From the IMG/VR virus record IMGVR_UViG_3300045988_124978, positions 241 through 64,240 of that record: DNA of 64,000 bases; one strand, written 5' to 3'. The stretch comes from a virus. Position numbers and translations under genes: made by a program. The notes beneath the pieces are model-generated. The model did no database searches. It worked only from the letters and a program-made list of their open reading frames with translations, and was not told the DNA's origin. This document shows positions 54,067 through 63,075 of the stretch, in pieces (positions within the stretch are counted from its first letter, which is position 1; each line of letters starts with the position of its first letter).

Positions 54067-55471
54067 CCTGTGGAATGTCGTCGTCGGTAGCCATTATTTG
54101 GTTGGCGATGGACTTCTTCTTGTGGATGATTGCATAGAGTGTGCGGTCGATGGTGCCACGACCAAGGAGATAGTAACAAGTTACGTTGTCTTTTTGTCCT
54201 ATACGATGTGCGCGGTCTTCGCATTGGCAACAGTCAGCGTAAGTCCAAGGAAATTCCACGAAAGCCACGTTGGATGAGGCTGTGAGTGTAAGCCCCACAC
54301 CTGCTGCCTTTATGGAACAGATGATGAGTTGCGCCTTGCCCGACTGAAAAGCATCGACGGCTGCTTGCTTTTGCATCATGGAGTCGCGCCCGGTAACGCT
54401 GACGGCTTTAGGGAATGCTTTTTTAATTTCGTCGACTATCTCATGCAGAGAGCAGAAGAGAATGAGTGGCTTGCCGTTGGCGAGGAAGGTGCGCGTGAAG
54501 TCGATAGCTTGCTTTACTTTTCCTTTGGCAGAGAGTGAACGCAGCGTCATGAACTTAACAAGAGCCTCCATGCGCATTTTGCGTCGGATGTCGATGTCGT
54601 CGCACTCGGTGTATTGGCGCAGGTATTCGGCAAGGTCATGTTCGGCAAGCATATACTCGTCGCGGTTGGAGATGTCAACGATGAGGTCGGTGCGCGTTTT
54701 GTCGGGTAGTTGGGTAAGAACTTTTGACTTTTCGCGACGTATCATGCAACGTGCATAAAGTTCGGATGAAAGTTTTTCAAGGTTTCGAGGAGCATCGTCT
54801 TCCTCTTTTCCTCGTCTCTCTCTGCTTATCTCGCCACCGCCATACTCGGCAAGGAACTTGGTACGACCTCCAAATTCAGGCAAACGCCCCATAATGGACA
54901 GCTGTGCGATAAGATCGGCAGGACGGTTGACAACAGGTGTACCAGAAAGAAGTATTCTGTATTCCTTACCCTCAGCAATGCCACGTGCAAAGATTGATTG
55001 CTGTGCGGATGGGTCCTTAACACGGTGACTCTCGTCGATGATGATAGACTTAAAGAGTTTAATTTCGGGATTGAAGACCACATCTTTCAATCGGAAGCCA
55101 CCACCTTTTTCACGTTTGGTTATGTCCCACACAAAGTACTTGCGTAGTGATTCGTAGTTTACAACAGCTACTTGCTGCATCCCCATTCGGAGTAGATAAG
55201 GCCATGTAGTCATTACCGCATTGTCGAGGACAAGTGCTTTTTTGTTGGTGAATTTTTCAAACTCTCGTTGCCAGTTGATTTTGAGCGAAGACGGACAAAT
55301 AACGAGGCAAGGATAAGCGTTTGCGCAGTCAACAACACCGATACTTTGCAGTGTCTTGCCCAAACCTGGTTCGTCACCGATGAGAAAGCGGTGCCAGCGC
55401 AGACCGGCAAGTATGCCCTCCTTCTGATAGTCGTACGGCTCAACACGTAGATTATGTTTTAGTGTGTCAGC
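54008..55471 (-). CDS. SNF2/SF2-family DNA helicase
   Basis: Walker A GDEPGLGKT, DExH box IIIDESHR, C-terminal helicase domain; start set at MADTLKH to give an ATGA junction. Confidence 0.7.
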   Translation of the reverse strand, partial: ADTLKHNLRVEPYDYQKEGILAGLRWHRFLIGDEPGLGKTLQSIGVVDCANAYPCLVICPSSLKINWQREFEKFTNKKALVLDNAVMTTWPYLLRMGMQQVAVVNYESLRKYFVWDITKREKGGGFRLKDVVFNPEIKLFKSIIIDESHRVKDPSAQQSIFARGIAEGKEYRILLSGTPVVNRPADLIAQLSIMGRLPEFGGRTKFLAEYGGGEISRERRGKEEDDAPRNLEKLSSELYARCMIRREKSKVLTQLPDKTRTDLIVDISNRDEYMLAEHDLAEYLRQYTECDDIDIRRKMRMEALVKFMTLRSLSAKGKVKQAIDFTRTFLANGKPLILFCSLHEIVDEIKKAFPKAVSVTGRDSMMQKQAAVDAFQSGKAQLIICSIKAAGVGLTLTASSNVAFVEFPWTYADCCQCEDRAHRIGQKDNVTCYYLLGRGTIDRTLYAIIHKKKSIANQIMATDDDIPQDEMYFDQLTSLFLNPDDDG

Positions 55472-55727
55472 CATACGCGTTGATGGTTTGCGTTGATAGT
55501 GTAATGTCGTAACCGCGAGCAAAGGCTTGTTTGCGCAAGTCTATGCAAGACAGTGTGCAGTGTCGAGCTTCCTTTGATTGTGCTCCCAATCCTGATGAGC
55601 AACGCACACCCCCCACTAATCCGCCACAGGTATATCCGTATGGTCCTGATAGCACAACGAATGGGCAGAGCCGACGTAGGCTTTTGAGTAGGGATATTTG
55701 TTTTGTTTTAGAGAGTTTCTTGTTCAT
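55467..55727 (-). CDS. hypothetical small protein
   Basis: 86 aa. Confidence 0.4.
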   Translation of the reverse strand: MNKKLSKTKQISLLKSLRRLCPFVVLSGPYGYTCGGLVGGVRCSSGLGAQSKEARHCTLSCIDLRKQAFARGYDITLSTQTINAYG

Positions 55728-55729
55728 AA

Positions 55730-56431
55730 CTAATAGAGATTAAACGCCCAATATTGAAATGCAAGTTCTTCGTACTTTTCGCGTCCACGATTGTAGATGT
55801 CGTCGCCACGTGTGATGAACTTTTTGAAGATCCTGCAATTTTTTTTGCTGATTGCGTAGATAAAATCGTAATTGGATTGTGCTATGTCCATGTACCACGC
55901 TCTTGACCTATCCCAATCGAAGAAATCTACAGCATTGTCGAACTCCGCTTGCGTTGAGGCGAATGTAGTTTTTAGATCGCCACCGAAGTTAGCCGTTTGT
56001 AACCACCAATCCCATTTGCAGCGTGTGTCGAGATGGAAGGTAAATCCCCCATTGCAGAACTCCTGCTGCTTGTTGACCATGAAGCGTTGTGTTTCGGCTT
56101 GTTCGAGTACTTTAGCGAGGAATGGATCGTGCCTTGCTTCGGCACGCAGTGCGCGTTGCATTTCGCGAGCATGGAGGAACTCCTCCTCGGAACATTGTTC
56201 ACCGTCTATCGTCATGTGTAGAAAGTCAACACGCGAGGGTTCGGTGATGATGGCATCGACGATAGACCCGAAGCGGAAAGCAGCCTCCTTGTCACCGAAT
56301 TGCATGTGAGGGTGGAGCAGGTTCTTCAGTTCGGTGAGGTCAGAGTTGCTGACCTCACTTCGCTGATAGTATTCGTCGGGGTTAATGATGGCTTTAGTAT
56401 TCGTCATCGTAATCGTCATAATCGGGTTCAT
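55730..56431 (-). CDS. putative PD-(D/E)xK-type nuclease (candidate exonuclease partner of RecT)
   Basis: HLDTRCKWD and GGDLKT acidic/Lys motifs; genomic context with RecT. Confidence 0.35.
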   Translation of the reverse strand: MNPIMTITMTNTKAIINPDEYYQRSEVSNSDLTELKNLLHPHMQFGDKEAAFRFGSIVDAIITEPSRVDFLHMTIDGEQCSEEEFLHAREMQRALRAEARHDPFLAKVLEQAETQRFMVNKQQEFCNGGFTFHLDTRCKWDWWLQTANFGGDLKTTFASTQAEFDNAVDFFDWDRSRAWYMDIAQSNYDFIYAISKKNCRIFKKFITRGDDIYNRGREKYEELAFQYWAFNLY

Positions 56432-56717
56432 ACGGCTCTTGTTCTACCTCACCTTCACCGTTGCACACGTCACAAGTTACTTTGTCACCTTTGATTTGCT
56501 CAAGGTCAAGGGCTTGGGCTTCTTCCTCTGTGTCGGGCAGGCTTTCCCATTCAGCCTCGGTGCATTCCTTTTCAATGTCGTTGACGAAATCGTAGGAATA
56601 GAATAGATAACCTGTGCCGTTACATTCGTCACACTCAACCATAACAGGGTCTTCTTGGTTCCATGGAGCGTTGGGGTCGTGCTCTGCGCCAGCTGGGTAA
56701 TAACCACTTTCGTACAT
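56394..56717 (-). CDS. acidic protein with two CxxC/C4 zinc-ribbon motifs
   Basis: VECDECNGTG ... CDVCNGEG; highly acidic tails. Confidence 0.5.
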   Translation of the reverse strand: MYESGYYPAGAEHDPNAPWNQEDPVMVECDECNGTGYLFYSYDFVNDIEKECTEAEWESLPDTEEEAQALDLEQIKGDKVTCDVCNGEGEVEQEPYEPDYDDYDDEY

Positions 56718-56723
56718 AATTGC

Positions 56724-57941
56724 TTACTTTGCTTTAATCTCGTCTGTATAAGTTACAGATGGTGAGTTTATAAATTCGGGGGTATTCTTATCGTTCGCAG
56801 CCTTTTCGCAGAATGTGATTTGCTTTTTGAACGTCTTAACCAAGTCTTCGAGTGGAAGGTGTTGCCCCTCTTTTGCCCACCAAAATGACACGACAGCCAT
56901 AATACCTTCAGGACTGTTGATTGAGATTTTCTTTTTAACGGACGTCTTAGGCTGATAGCCAGCAGGAGCGACAATAGCTTGTTGACCGAACAGGTTACCA
57001 ATCTCGGAAGCCTCGGCTTGCATTTTCTGCTTTGCTGCTTCTTCCTCTTCTTTGCGTTTGCGTTCAGCTTCAATGCGTTCGGCTTCGGCTTGTTCGCGTG
57101 CTTTGAGTTCGGCTGCCATGCGAGCCTTTTCTTCCTCGTTGGCTTTCTGCATACGTTCTAATTCAGCCTTCTTTGATGGCAGCGTGTCGAGGATATTGTC
57201 GCGGTATTCGCCCACTTCAAACTCGTACTGCTTAGCAAACTGCTCCATGAGTTTGTTGACTATGGATGTGCGCACCTCACGGAGTTTGTCCTGCATGTCG
57301 GCAAGTTCGGCAGGTATGCAGACATTTGATGGGGTCTTTGTTGCCCATTCCTGCGGAAACTTGATAGGGATTTGCTTGATTATCTTGTACTGTTTCTCAT
57401 AGTTGTCGAGCGTGACAGCAGTATTTATTTCGGTGAGGAAGTTGATGGCGTTGGTTGTGTAGGTGTTGAACGATCGCTTGTAGTCGTCCTCAACATCTTG
57501 TCTGTATTTATCGTATGCTTGTTTGCGTTGATACTGAATCATTGCCTCCTTACGCTTTTTCTCCTCTTCCTCACGCTTTTTTGCTGCATAGGCATTACGA
57601 GCTTGTTGTATTTGATTAGGGATGGAGTTTGCTTTGGTAGGATCTACAGCGTTTTCCATTCCTGTAAACTCAGAGCGTATTTGGTCGAAGATCTTAGTGA
57701 TGGCAGAACGGTTGGTGTTCATCTTCTTCACCGTGTTTTTTGCCTTGACGATGTAAGCAGCACATTGTTGGTCAAGTTCATCGTTCATGCCGTTTGCCTT
57801 GATTTGGTCGAGCAGCTTTTTGCCAAACTCGCTACAGCGTTGGCACGATAGTGTATTGTCATTGTAAATCTGTGGTGCAGATTGTGCAATCATTTGTACG
57901 TTCTCTTGTCGTACGATTGTGAGGTTTTGTTGGTCACTCAT
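56724..57941 (-). CDS. hypothetical coiled-coil protein (Glu/Lys/Arg-rich central region)
   Basis: 405 aa; EAERKRKEEEEAAKQK tract. Confidence 0.5.
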   Translation of the reverse strand: MSDQQNLTIVRQENVQMIAQSAPQIYNDNTLSCQRCSEFGKKLLDQIKANGMNDELDQQCAAYIVKAKNTVKKMNTNRSAITKIFDQIRSEFTGMENAVDPTKANSIPNQIQQARNAYAAKKREEEEKKRKEAMIQYQRKQAYDKYRQDVEDDYKRSFNTYTTNAINFLTEINTAVTLDNYEKQYKIIKQIPIKFPQEWATKTPSNVCIPAELADMQDKLREVRTSIVNKLMEQFAKQYEFEVGEYRDNILDTLPSKKAELERMQKANEEEKARMAAELKAREQAEAERIEAERKRKEEEEAAKQKMQAEASEIGNLFGQQAIVAPAGYQPKTSVKKKISINSPEGIMAVVSFWWAKEGQHLPLEDLVKTFKKQITFCEKAANDKNTPEFINSPSVTYTDEIKAK

Positions 57942-57958
57942 GATTGTGTATGGTTTTG

Positions 57959-58954
57959 TTAGAACGAATCATCATCGTTGTTTTCAGCAGGGTCTATTGT
58001 TACACCTGCAGAGGTGTTGGTTTGCGGTGCGAAGTCTTGTTTTGCTTCGCTTGTGATTTCACCTGTTTCGGTGTTGACGGTATCTCCATCGGCAGTTACG
58101 CCATAGATGTCGTCGTTAAATTCGGGTTCTTCGACTTGTGACTCTAATTGAGTGCCACGGCCTACGCGTGCTTTGGGGTAAGTCTTGAATGCGTGTTTGA
58201 TACACTTGGCAACGAGGAACCCGGGGTCAATCTGTCCGCCTTGTGCAGTGTAGAGCGCATTAGGCTTGCCGTTCTCCCACTGCTTGGCTTGATAATTGTA
58301 CTTGCCGTTTTGTCGTGCAGAGTAGTTGGAAAGTCGCATCCAATCTTCAGGGAGCATTACTGCGTAGTCTACAGATCCGTCAGCACGTGTTATCTTCATG
58401 AAGCAAGCAACGATACGACCTGTGGTGTGGGGAAGACGACAAGTATAGTTGACGAACTTCTGTCCGTTGTGTTCGCCATACTCGAAGCCATCCTCTTCGT
58501 ACACGATAACAGGGTTGTCAGCATGTCGAATTTGTCCGCATCGTGCGCGTAGTACCAACTCTCCATATCCAGACACGGTGAGCATGCAGTGTGTCTCGTA
58601 CTTGTTTTTCTTCTGTCCGTTTTCATAGTAGCTGTCAACGGCTACGGAGCGAGCAAGGAGGTAGGCTTGCGCCTTGGTGCCAGGGTCGAGTGTTAGTCCT
58701 GAAATTGCCACGTCGAGGAAGGCTGTGAAGAGCGAGAACTTTGTGCACGTCTTTCGCAAGTCTTCTTTTTCAGAAAGCAGTCGGTTGAAGTTGCGCGATT
58801 CACGTTCGTAGGCTGCTTCGCCTGACACGCCTGTGGATGGTGTCCACATTGCTTCGTAGATTTGAATGAATTTGTCGCGCACGTTTTCGTTACGTACGAT
58901 ACTCTCGGGCTGCATCGTGTTGATTTGCTCGATTGTTAATCCTATTTTACTCAT
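57959..58954 (-). CDS. recT: RecT-family single-strand annealing protein
   Basis: LDPGTKAQAYLL, LTVSGYGELVLRARCGQI, and ...AKCIKHAFKTYP align by eye with E. coli RecT segments LEPGSALGHAYLL / LIIGYRGMIDLARRSGQI / KKTAIRRLFKYLP. Confidence 0.6.
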   Translation of the reverse strand: MSKIGLTIEQINTMQPESIVRNENVRDKFIQIYEAMWTPSTGVSGEAAYERESRNFNRLLSEKEDLRKTCTKFSLFTAFLDVAISGLTLDPGTKAQAYLLARSVAVDSYYENGQKKNKYETHCMLTVSGYGELVLRARCGQIRHADNPVIVYEEDGFEYGEHNGQKFVNYTCRLPHTTGRIVACFMKITRADGSVDYAVMLPEDWMRLSNYSARQNGKYNYQAKQWENGKPNALYTAQGGQIDPGFLVAKCIKHAFKTYPKARVGRGTQLESQVEEPEFNDDIYGVTADGDTVNTETGEITSEAKQDFAPQTNTSAGVTIDPAENNDDDSF

Positions 58955-59135
58955 AGTGTTGTATTGTTTAATTGTGAATAATATTGTTGTGTGTGAGCTG
59001 CAGGTGGGAGTCGAACCGCACTAATGCACTCCATGAGCATATTTGAGCCTTGTACTTCGGCTGTAACATGCCTTCAGTGGTTCCCGTTACTCCGGGATGC
59101 CCTTTCCGATTAAGCATTCTATCTGCAGCAGTTGA

Positions 59136-59408
59136 CTACATTTCGTCAGTTGAGTATTGGTGGTATGTCATCCACTTAACAAGGTCATTGCGATTGAAAT
59201 AAGTGAATTTACCTCCTTTGCTTTTTGAGTACGGAATTTTGTGTTCTCTGACTAACTGATAGAGGTAGCTTTTTTTTACGCCAAGAAAGGCACATGCTTC
59301 AGCAGTGTTATATATTTCTTTTTGGGACAGGAGTGATGCAGCACGTATTTCATTGAGTTGCTCATCAATGCTGTTGAGCCGTCCAATGATGTCGGCATTA
59401 TCAGGCAT
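59136..59408 (-). CDS. AlpA/Xis-like helix-turn-helix DNA-binding protein
   Basis: ACAFLGVKKSYLYQLVREHKIPYSKSKGGKFTYFNRNDLVKWM (HTH_17-like). Confidence 0.6.
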   Translation of the reverse strand: MPDNADIIGRLNSIDEQLNEIRAASLLSQKEIYNTAEACAFLGVKKSYLYQLVREHKIPYSKSKGGKFTYFNRNDLVKWMTYHQYSTDEM

Positions 59409-59411
59409 TGA

Positions 59412-59642
59412 CTAATCCTCCTCAATTAGTTTTTTGAGTTCGTGTAGTTGTCCTTTCCATTGTTTTTTGCAAAGTACCCATGCTGTTGCGTAGAGTATAA
59501 GCGACACGAGTTTAGAACCAATAAATATTGCTGTGTATGCAATAATTTCGGTAGATTCTTCAGGAACCACAAACAGACTAATTGTTGCAGCTGATAGGAT
59601 GATGGCTAAAATCCAATAGCGATAGTTTGTAAGATATTTCAT
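59412..59642 (-). CDS. small two-TM membrane protein
   Basis: 76 aa; hydrophobic segments. Confidence 0.45.
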   Translation of the reverse strand: MKYLTNYRYWILAIILSAATISLFVVPEESTEIIAYTAIFIGSKLVSLILYATAWVLCKKQWKGQLHELKKLIEED

Positions 59643-59782
59643 TGTTGCTCGTTTTTAGTTGTACATGGTGGTACTTTGGCGTGTTCTACATAACGATTGA
59701 GGTATATGCAGAAGCAGCCATTTATGAGTATGTACGATTTGTTGCACGACTTGCAAATGGGATTTGCTTTACTGCTCATTTG

Positions 59783-60055
59783 TTAGTAGAGGTTGATGCC
59801 AAGTTTGCTGAAGGCATCTTCTTCGTCAGCCGATCCTCGCCAGCAGTCAAGGTAATTGTTAATTGCCTCCTGGTTGTTGGCGTCTAACTTGTCGTTATAG
59901 CCGAATGTGTTGCAGAATGCTTTCCAGCTAATGCGGTCGAGTTCTTCTTCTGAAAGATTGTTTGTTGTGTTGCAGCTGATGAGGCTTGCAAGGATGAGTG
60001 CGAGTGTGATGATTTTCTTTGTCATGATGATTGGGTGTTTAAATGGCGAACGCAC
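59783..60055 (-). CDS. small putative lipoprotein
   Basis: signal-like N-terminus plus lipobox LISC. Confidence 0.45.
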   Translation of the reverse strand: MRSPFKHPIIMTKKIITLALILASLISCNTTNNLSEEELDRISWKAFCNTFGYNDKLDANNQEAINNYLDCWRGSADEEDAFSKLGINLY

Positions 60056-60152
60056 CTTGTGATTGAAATGTAAAAGTGTCGAATTTTTAATTTTTGTCGT
60101 TTGGCGCGTTCGCTTATGTTGATTATCTTTGTTGTGTCGAATTTTTAATTTT
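60047..60152. promoter_or_regulatory. divergent control region: inverted repeat GCGAACGC/GCGTTCGC flanking two direct copies of GTGTCGAATTTTTAATTTTT
   Basis: GCGAACGC 60047-60054, GCGTTCGC 60106-60113; 20-nt direct repeat at 60077-60096 and 60133-60152. Confidence 0.5.
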
Positions 60153-60158
60153 TATTTT

Positions 60159-60407
60159 ATGAGTAATCTTATTTCAGATTCAGAGTTGCGTAACCTTGAG
60201 AAGGTTATAGCAGCCGAAGTGTGCCCTTATTGTGGCAAGTCGTGTGAACCTTCTATTGCTTTTTCCCAACGTTTGAATGTTGATAGGAGTTCGGGCGTTA
60301 TTTCGGTTGGTGTGAACAACTGCTGTTGTGAAGATCGGAAGAGGGATATTGTTAATTTCTTGATGCAGATAGCAAGCAAGCGTAGAATGCCTAAATTCCC
60401 ATTTTGA
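60159..60407 (+). CDS. hypothetical small Cys-rich protein
   Basis: start set at ATG 60159 (MSNLISDSELRN...); CPYCGKSC motif. Confidence 0.4.
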   Translation: MSNLISDSELRNLEKVIAAEVCPYCGKSCEPSIAFSQRLNVDRSSGVISVGVNNCCCEDRKRDIVNFLMQIASKRRMPKFPF

Positions 60408-60525
60408 TGTAGCGTCCATAAAGCTTTAAGTATTTCGCCTGGTCGTGCTGCACGTATTCCCTTATCGGTTAATACAGATGTGCGGTATGGCTGGGCTGAC
60501 ACTATAAAGATGATGTGCTTAATCT

Positions 60526-60732
60526 TCATGCAATTCGTGTAGCCGTTATTGTTCTCTGTTCTCGATTGGTTGTTGTGGAGAATGTTTTGTCCCACTGCAA
60601 CCCAAAGCTGGTGCAAATTGACTTGAGGTAGCTTGAACGGCTAACAGATACCGTCAACGCTTCACCAACTTCAAGGTCTCGTAACTGACCTAAGAGCGTT
60701 TTTTTTCGCTGATTTTTAGATGTTTCTGTCAT
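60526..60732 (-). CDS. hypothetical small protein divergent from XRE gene
   Basis: 68 aa; divergent arrangement with 60858 gene. Confidence 0.35.
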   Translation of the reverse strand: MTETSKNQRKKTLLGQLRDLEVGEALTVSVSRSSYLKSICTSFGLQWDKTFSTTTNREQRTITATRIA

Positions 60733-60857
60733 TGTTTCGATATTTATTTATAACTTTATGGTGCAAAGCTATCAAATATATTCGTGACTAACAAATTTAT
60801 TCGCCATTATTTTTTAGCCAAAACGAGCACTTGTTTTAGTAATAACTACGTAAATCA

Positions 60858-61235
60858 TTGATTATCATGAATTTAGAGGCTATAAAAAAATTTAGTGAAA
60901 AGCGTGAAGGTGGTTTAAAGAAATTAGCTGCCGACATAGGAATGAGTGAACAAAATTTACATCGCTGTATTCGAAACAATAAAATTCAAGCAGCCGACCT
61001 TGAAAACATAGCATTGTTACTGAAAGTCGATATTCGCATTTTCTTCGATGAAGAAATTTTATCACTTCCAAATAATTTAGTTGAGACTAAAGGCGATTTT
61101 AGCCCTGCCTCAATGAATGGTAATGTGACTGTTGGCACAGATGCTGTGTTGGTTGAGCGAGTAAAGAGTCTTGAAGCCCTGCTCGCAGAGAAAGAAAGAT
61201 TGATTAAGGTTTACGAAAAAATGGTGGAGAAATGA
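60858..61235 (+). CDS. XRE-family helix-turn-helix transcriptional regulator (repressor candidate)
   Basis: LKKLAADIGMSEQNLHRCIRNNKIQAADLENIALLLKVDIRIFF; C-terminal coiled-coil. Confidence 0.55.
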   Translation: MIIMNLEAIKKFSEKREGGLKKLAADIGMSEQNLHRCIRNNKIQAADLENIALLLKVDIRIFFDEEILSLPNNLVETKGDFSPASMNGNVTVGTDAVLVERVKSLEALLAEKERLIKVYEKMVEK

Positions 61236-61780
61236 AAGACATTTCAATCATTTTTATTGTATGCTTTTTCTTGGCATGTGACAACAAGACAAAGTTGGGG
61301 CAATATGTTTACGAGGATGACATGGAGGTTTTTCATACCGATGATAATTGTCCAAAATTAAAAGACGGCAAAGATGATGCTGGTCATTCAATTTATGCTA
61401 TGCAGCCTATTGATACTGCACAATTAGCATATTGCGGCAAGGTTTGTTCTCAGTGTGTTAGTAGAAATACTTATGAACAACTGAAAAATATTGTTGAGAA
61501 GAACGCCAAAAAGGCTCAACGCGAAAGGTTCAAAAACTGTGGAAATAACCGCAAGTGGCTTTATCGCCTGTTGGAGCGAGGCGAGGACCCTATTCAAGAA
61601 CAATACATTGTTGAAATGCCGTCTTATGAAGAATTTGAAAAAGAAATGTCAGATCCTATCTTCCGCAGAAATGTTTACGACATGATAGAAGAACGAAGTT
61701 ACCACTATGGACAACATCGTGTTTTGGACTATAATTCATACGAAGATTTTTCTCGGCTAATGGGGTATGATGAACAATAG
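61232..61780 (+). CDS. putative lipoprotein, Cys-rich
   Basis: N-terminal signal IFIVCFFLAC; ATGA overlap with XRE gene. Confidence 0.45.
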   Translation: MKDISIIFIVCFFLACDNKTKLGQYVYEDDMEVFHTDDNCPKLKDGKDDAGHSIYAMQPIDTAQLAYCGKVCSQCVSRNTYEQLKNIVEKNAKKAQRERFKNCGNNRKWLYRLLERGEDPIQEQYIVEMPSYEEFEKEMSDPIFRRNVYDMIEERSYHYGQHRVLDYNSYEDFSRLMGYDEQ

Positions 61781-62210
61781 ACTTATGAGCGAAGATAAGG
61801 ACTTGAAGAAACTGAATATGCTGATGAACGCCTTCAACGAGGTTAAGGCAGAAGAAAGTCAAGAGGAGGAAGAAGAGACTCCAGACTTCTATGCTGAACT
61901 TAAAGAGGCAGCATGGAATGTTCTGCACGAAAATCCTGATATGGACATGGAGAGTTGGAAGATGATGCTCATTGAGCAATATCCAACTGAAGTGGTGGAC
62001 GCATTGGGCACCAATCCTCCTGAAGTCTTTGCGGAACTTTCCGATTGGTGGGACAGCATGGGGTATGATGATGGTATAACAGATTTGTGTTATACGTTCT
62101 GTGAATGGGCAGAGTATTTTGCCACGGAGCGTTCGGTGGAACTCTACGACTTGCTTGTTGAGGCGAAACGCGAAATAAAGCGTTTAGAGCAAGAAAAATT
62201 CAATAAATAA
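61767..62210 (+). CDS. hypothetical acidic protein
   Basis: 147 aa, Glu/Asp-rich. Confidence 0.45.
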   Translation: MMNNRLMSEDKDLKKLNMLMNAFNEVKAEESQEEEEETPDFYAELKEAAWNVLHENPDMDMESWKMMLIEQYPTEVVDALGTNPPEVFAELSDWWDSMGYDDGITDLCYTFCEWAEYFATERSVELYDLLVEAKREIKRLEQEKFNK

Positions 62211-62462
62211 TAAAACCCTCACAAAGCACAAGAAACCGCGTTAAATCGAAAACAAAACGGCTTTTTGGGCTTTTATGGAGGTTGAATAAGATACACAATA
62301 AACGTGAGGAAGCAGTAGGGGGAGAGCACGAAGCCATTTCGTATGTCTCCCATCTGTCTCCCACCCAGATTAACCCTTTGGACACCAACGGGCGACGTGA
62401 TAATGTACGATAACTTCGGTGGTTAATAACAAACCATAGAAAACCTATACTAAACATTAACA

Positions 62463-62493
62463 AAGTCGCTGATTTTCAGCGGCTTTGTTGCGT
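62463..62493 (+). terminator. rho-independent terminator
   Basis: GTCGCTGA-TTTT-TCAGCGGC hairpin followed by TTTGTTG. Confidence 0.5.
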
Positions 62494-62543
62494 TATAGGA
62501 AATCACTTGTTGTGGTTTGTTATAGGTTTATTGGGAGTAGCTA

Positions 62544-62575
62544 TGTCACCCAGATGTCACCCGAGTATGTCACCC
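62544..62575. repeat. three direct copies of TGTCACCC (spacing 11 and 13 bp)
   Basis: 62544-62551, 62555-62562, 62568-62575. Confidence 0.8.
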
Positions 62576-62697
62576 GCGTAGCCTTTAGGTGTGCGATAGG
62601 ACGTAGGGCGAACAGCCGTTTTTTTTCATAGCCCGAGCCTATCCAAAAAGTCGTATATTAGGGGGTAAAGTAGTGCAAAACGGAGAGTATAGCGAAA

Positions 62698-62765
62698 GTG
62701 ACAAGTGACAAGTGACACCCAAAAGTTTTGATAATCAACCACTTAGGTGTCACTTTATCACTCGG
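62698..62765. repeat. GTGACA x3 (7-bp period) ending GTGACACCC, then inverted GGTGTCAC 26 bp downstream and GTCACTTTATCACTCGG
   Basis: 62698-62720 direct; 62746-62753 inverted partner; shares the CACTCGG tail with the 63841 repeat. Confidence 0.75.
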
Positions 62766-62829
62766 AATTTTTCTTAAATTGCAGTTAACGAATGTAAAGT
62801 GTTAAGTAGGGGATTAAGTATTACACACT

Positions 62830-63075
62830 ATTGCAGAAGCACGCCCTGAATTATCGTGCAAACCGAACGCAATCAAACTTGTTTGAATTGCTGAGGTGCA
62901 GCCGATAATGCACGCCCTGAAAGGGCAACAGCACATAGCACTAAGTTTGCATATGGAAGCGGCGAAGCGAAGCTGAGCCGCTAAAATGCCCAGGGCAAGC
63001 GAAGCGACACCTTGGGTCAAAGCACGTTCGTTAGTGACGCCCTGTAAGGTAGGGTGTTCAAAATTGGCATCAAAA
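62830..63075. other. GC-rich non-coding island with three copies of ACGCCCTG(A/T)AA and multiple short hairpins; candidate structured ncRNA or protein-binding origin element
   Basis: GCACGCCCTGAA at 62849 and 62920, GACGCCCTGTAA at 63037; local stems GCACG/CGTGC, GCCC/GGGC, AGCGGC/GCCGCT. Confidence 0.35.

Noticed and set aside
58985-59135. tRNA-like fragment (plus-strand GGGAGTCGAACC, i.e. GGTTCGACTCC on the minus strand, resembling a T-loop) in the intergenic region between recT and the AlpA-like gene
   Set aside because: Could not fold a canonical T-arm (only 2 of 5 stem pairs) or find a matching 5' acceptor strand; no CCA-adjacent acceptor pairing. Treated as chance similarity or a degraded att/tRNA remnant, not called as a tRNA.
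60180-60616. Minus-strand ORFs 60180..60419 and 60227..60616
   Set aside because: Antisense to and overlapping the plus-strand gene 60159..60407 and the divergent control region; no start context; likely spurious.
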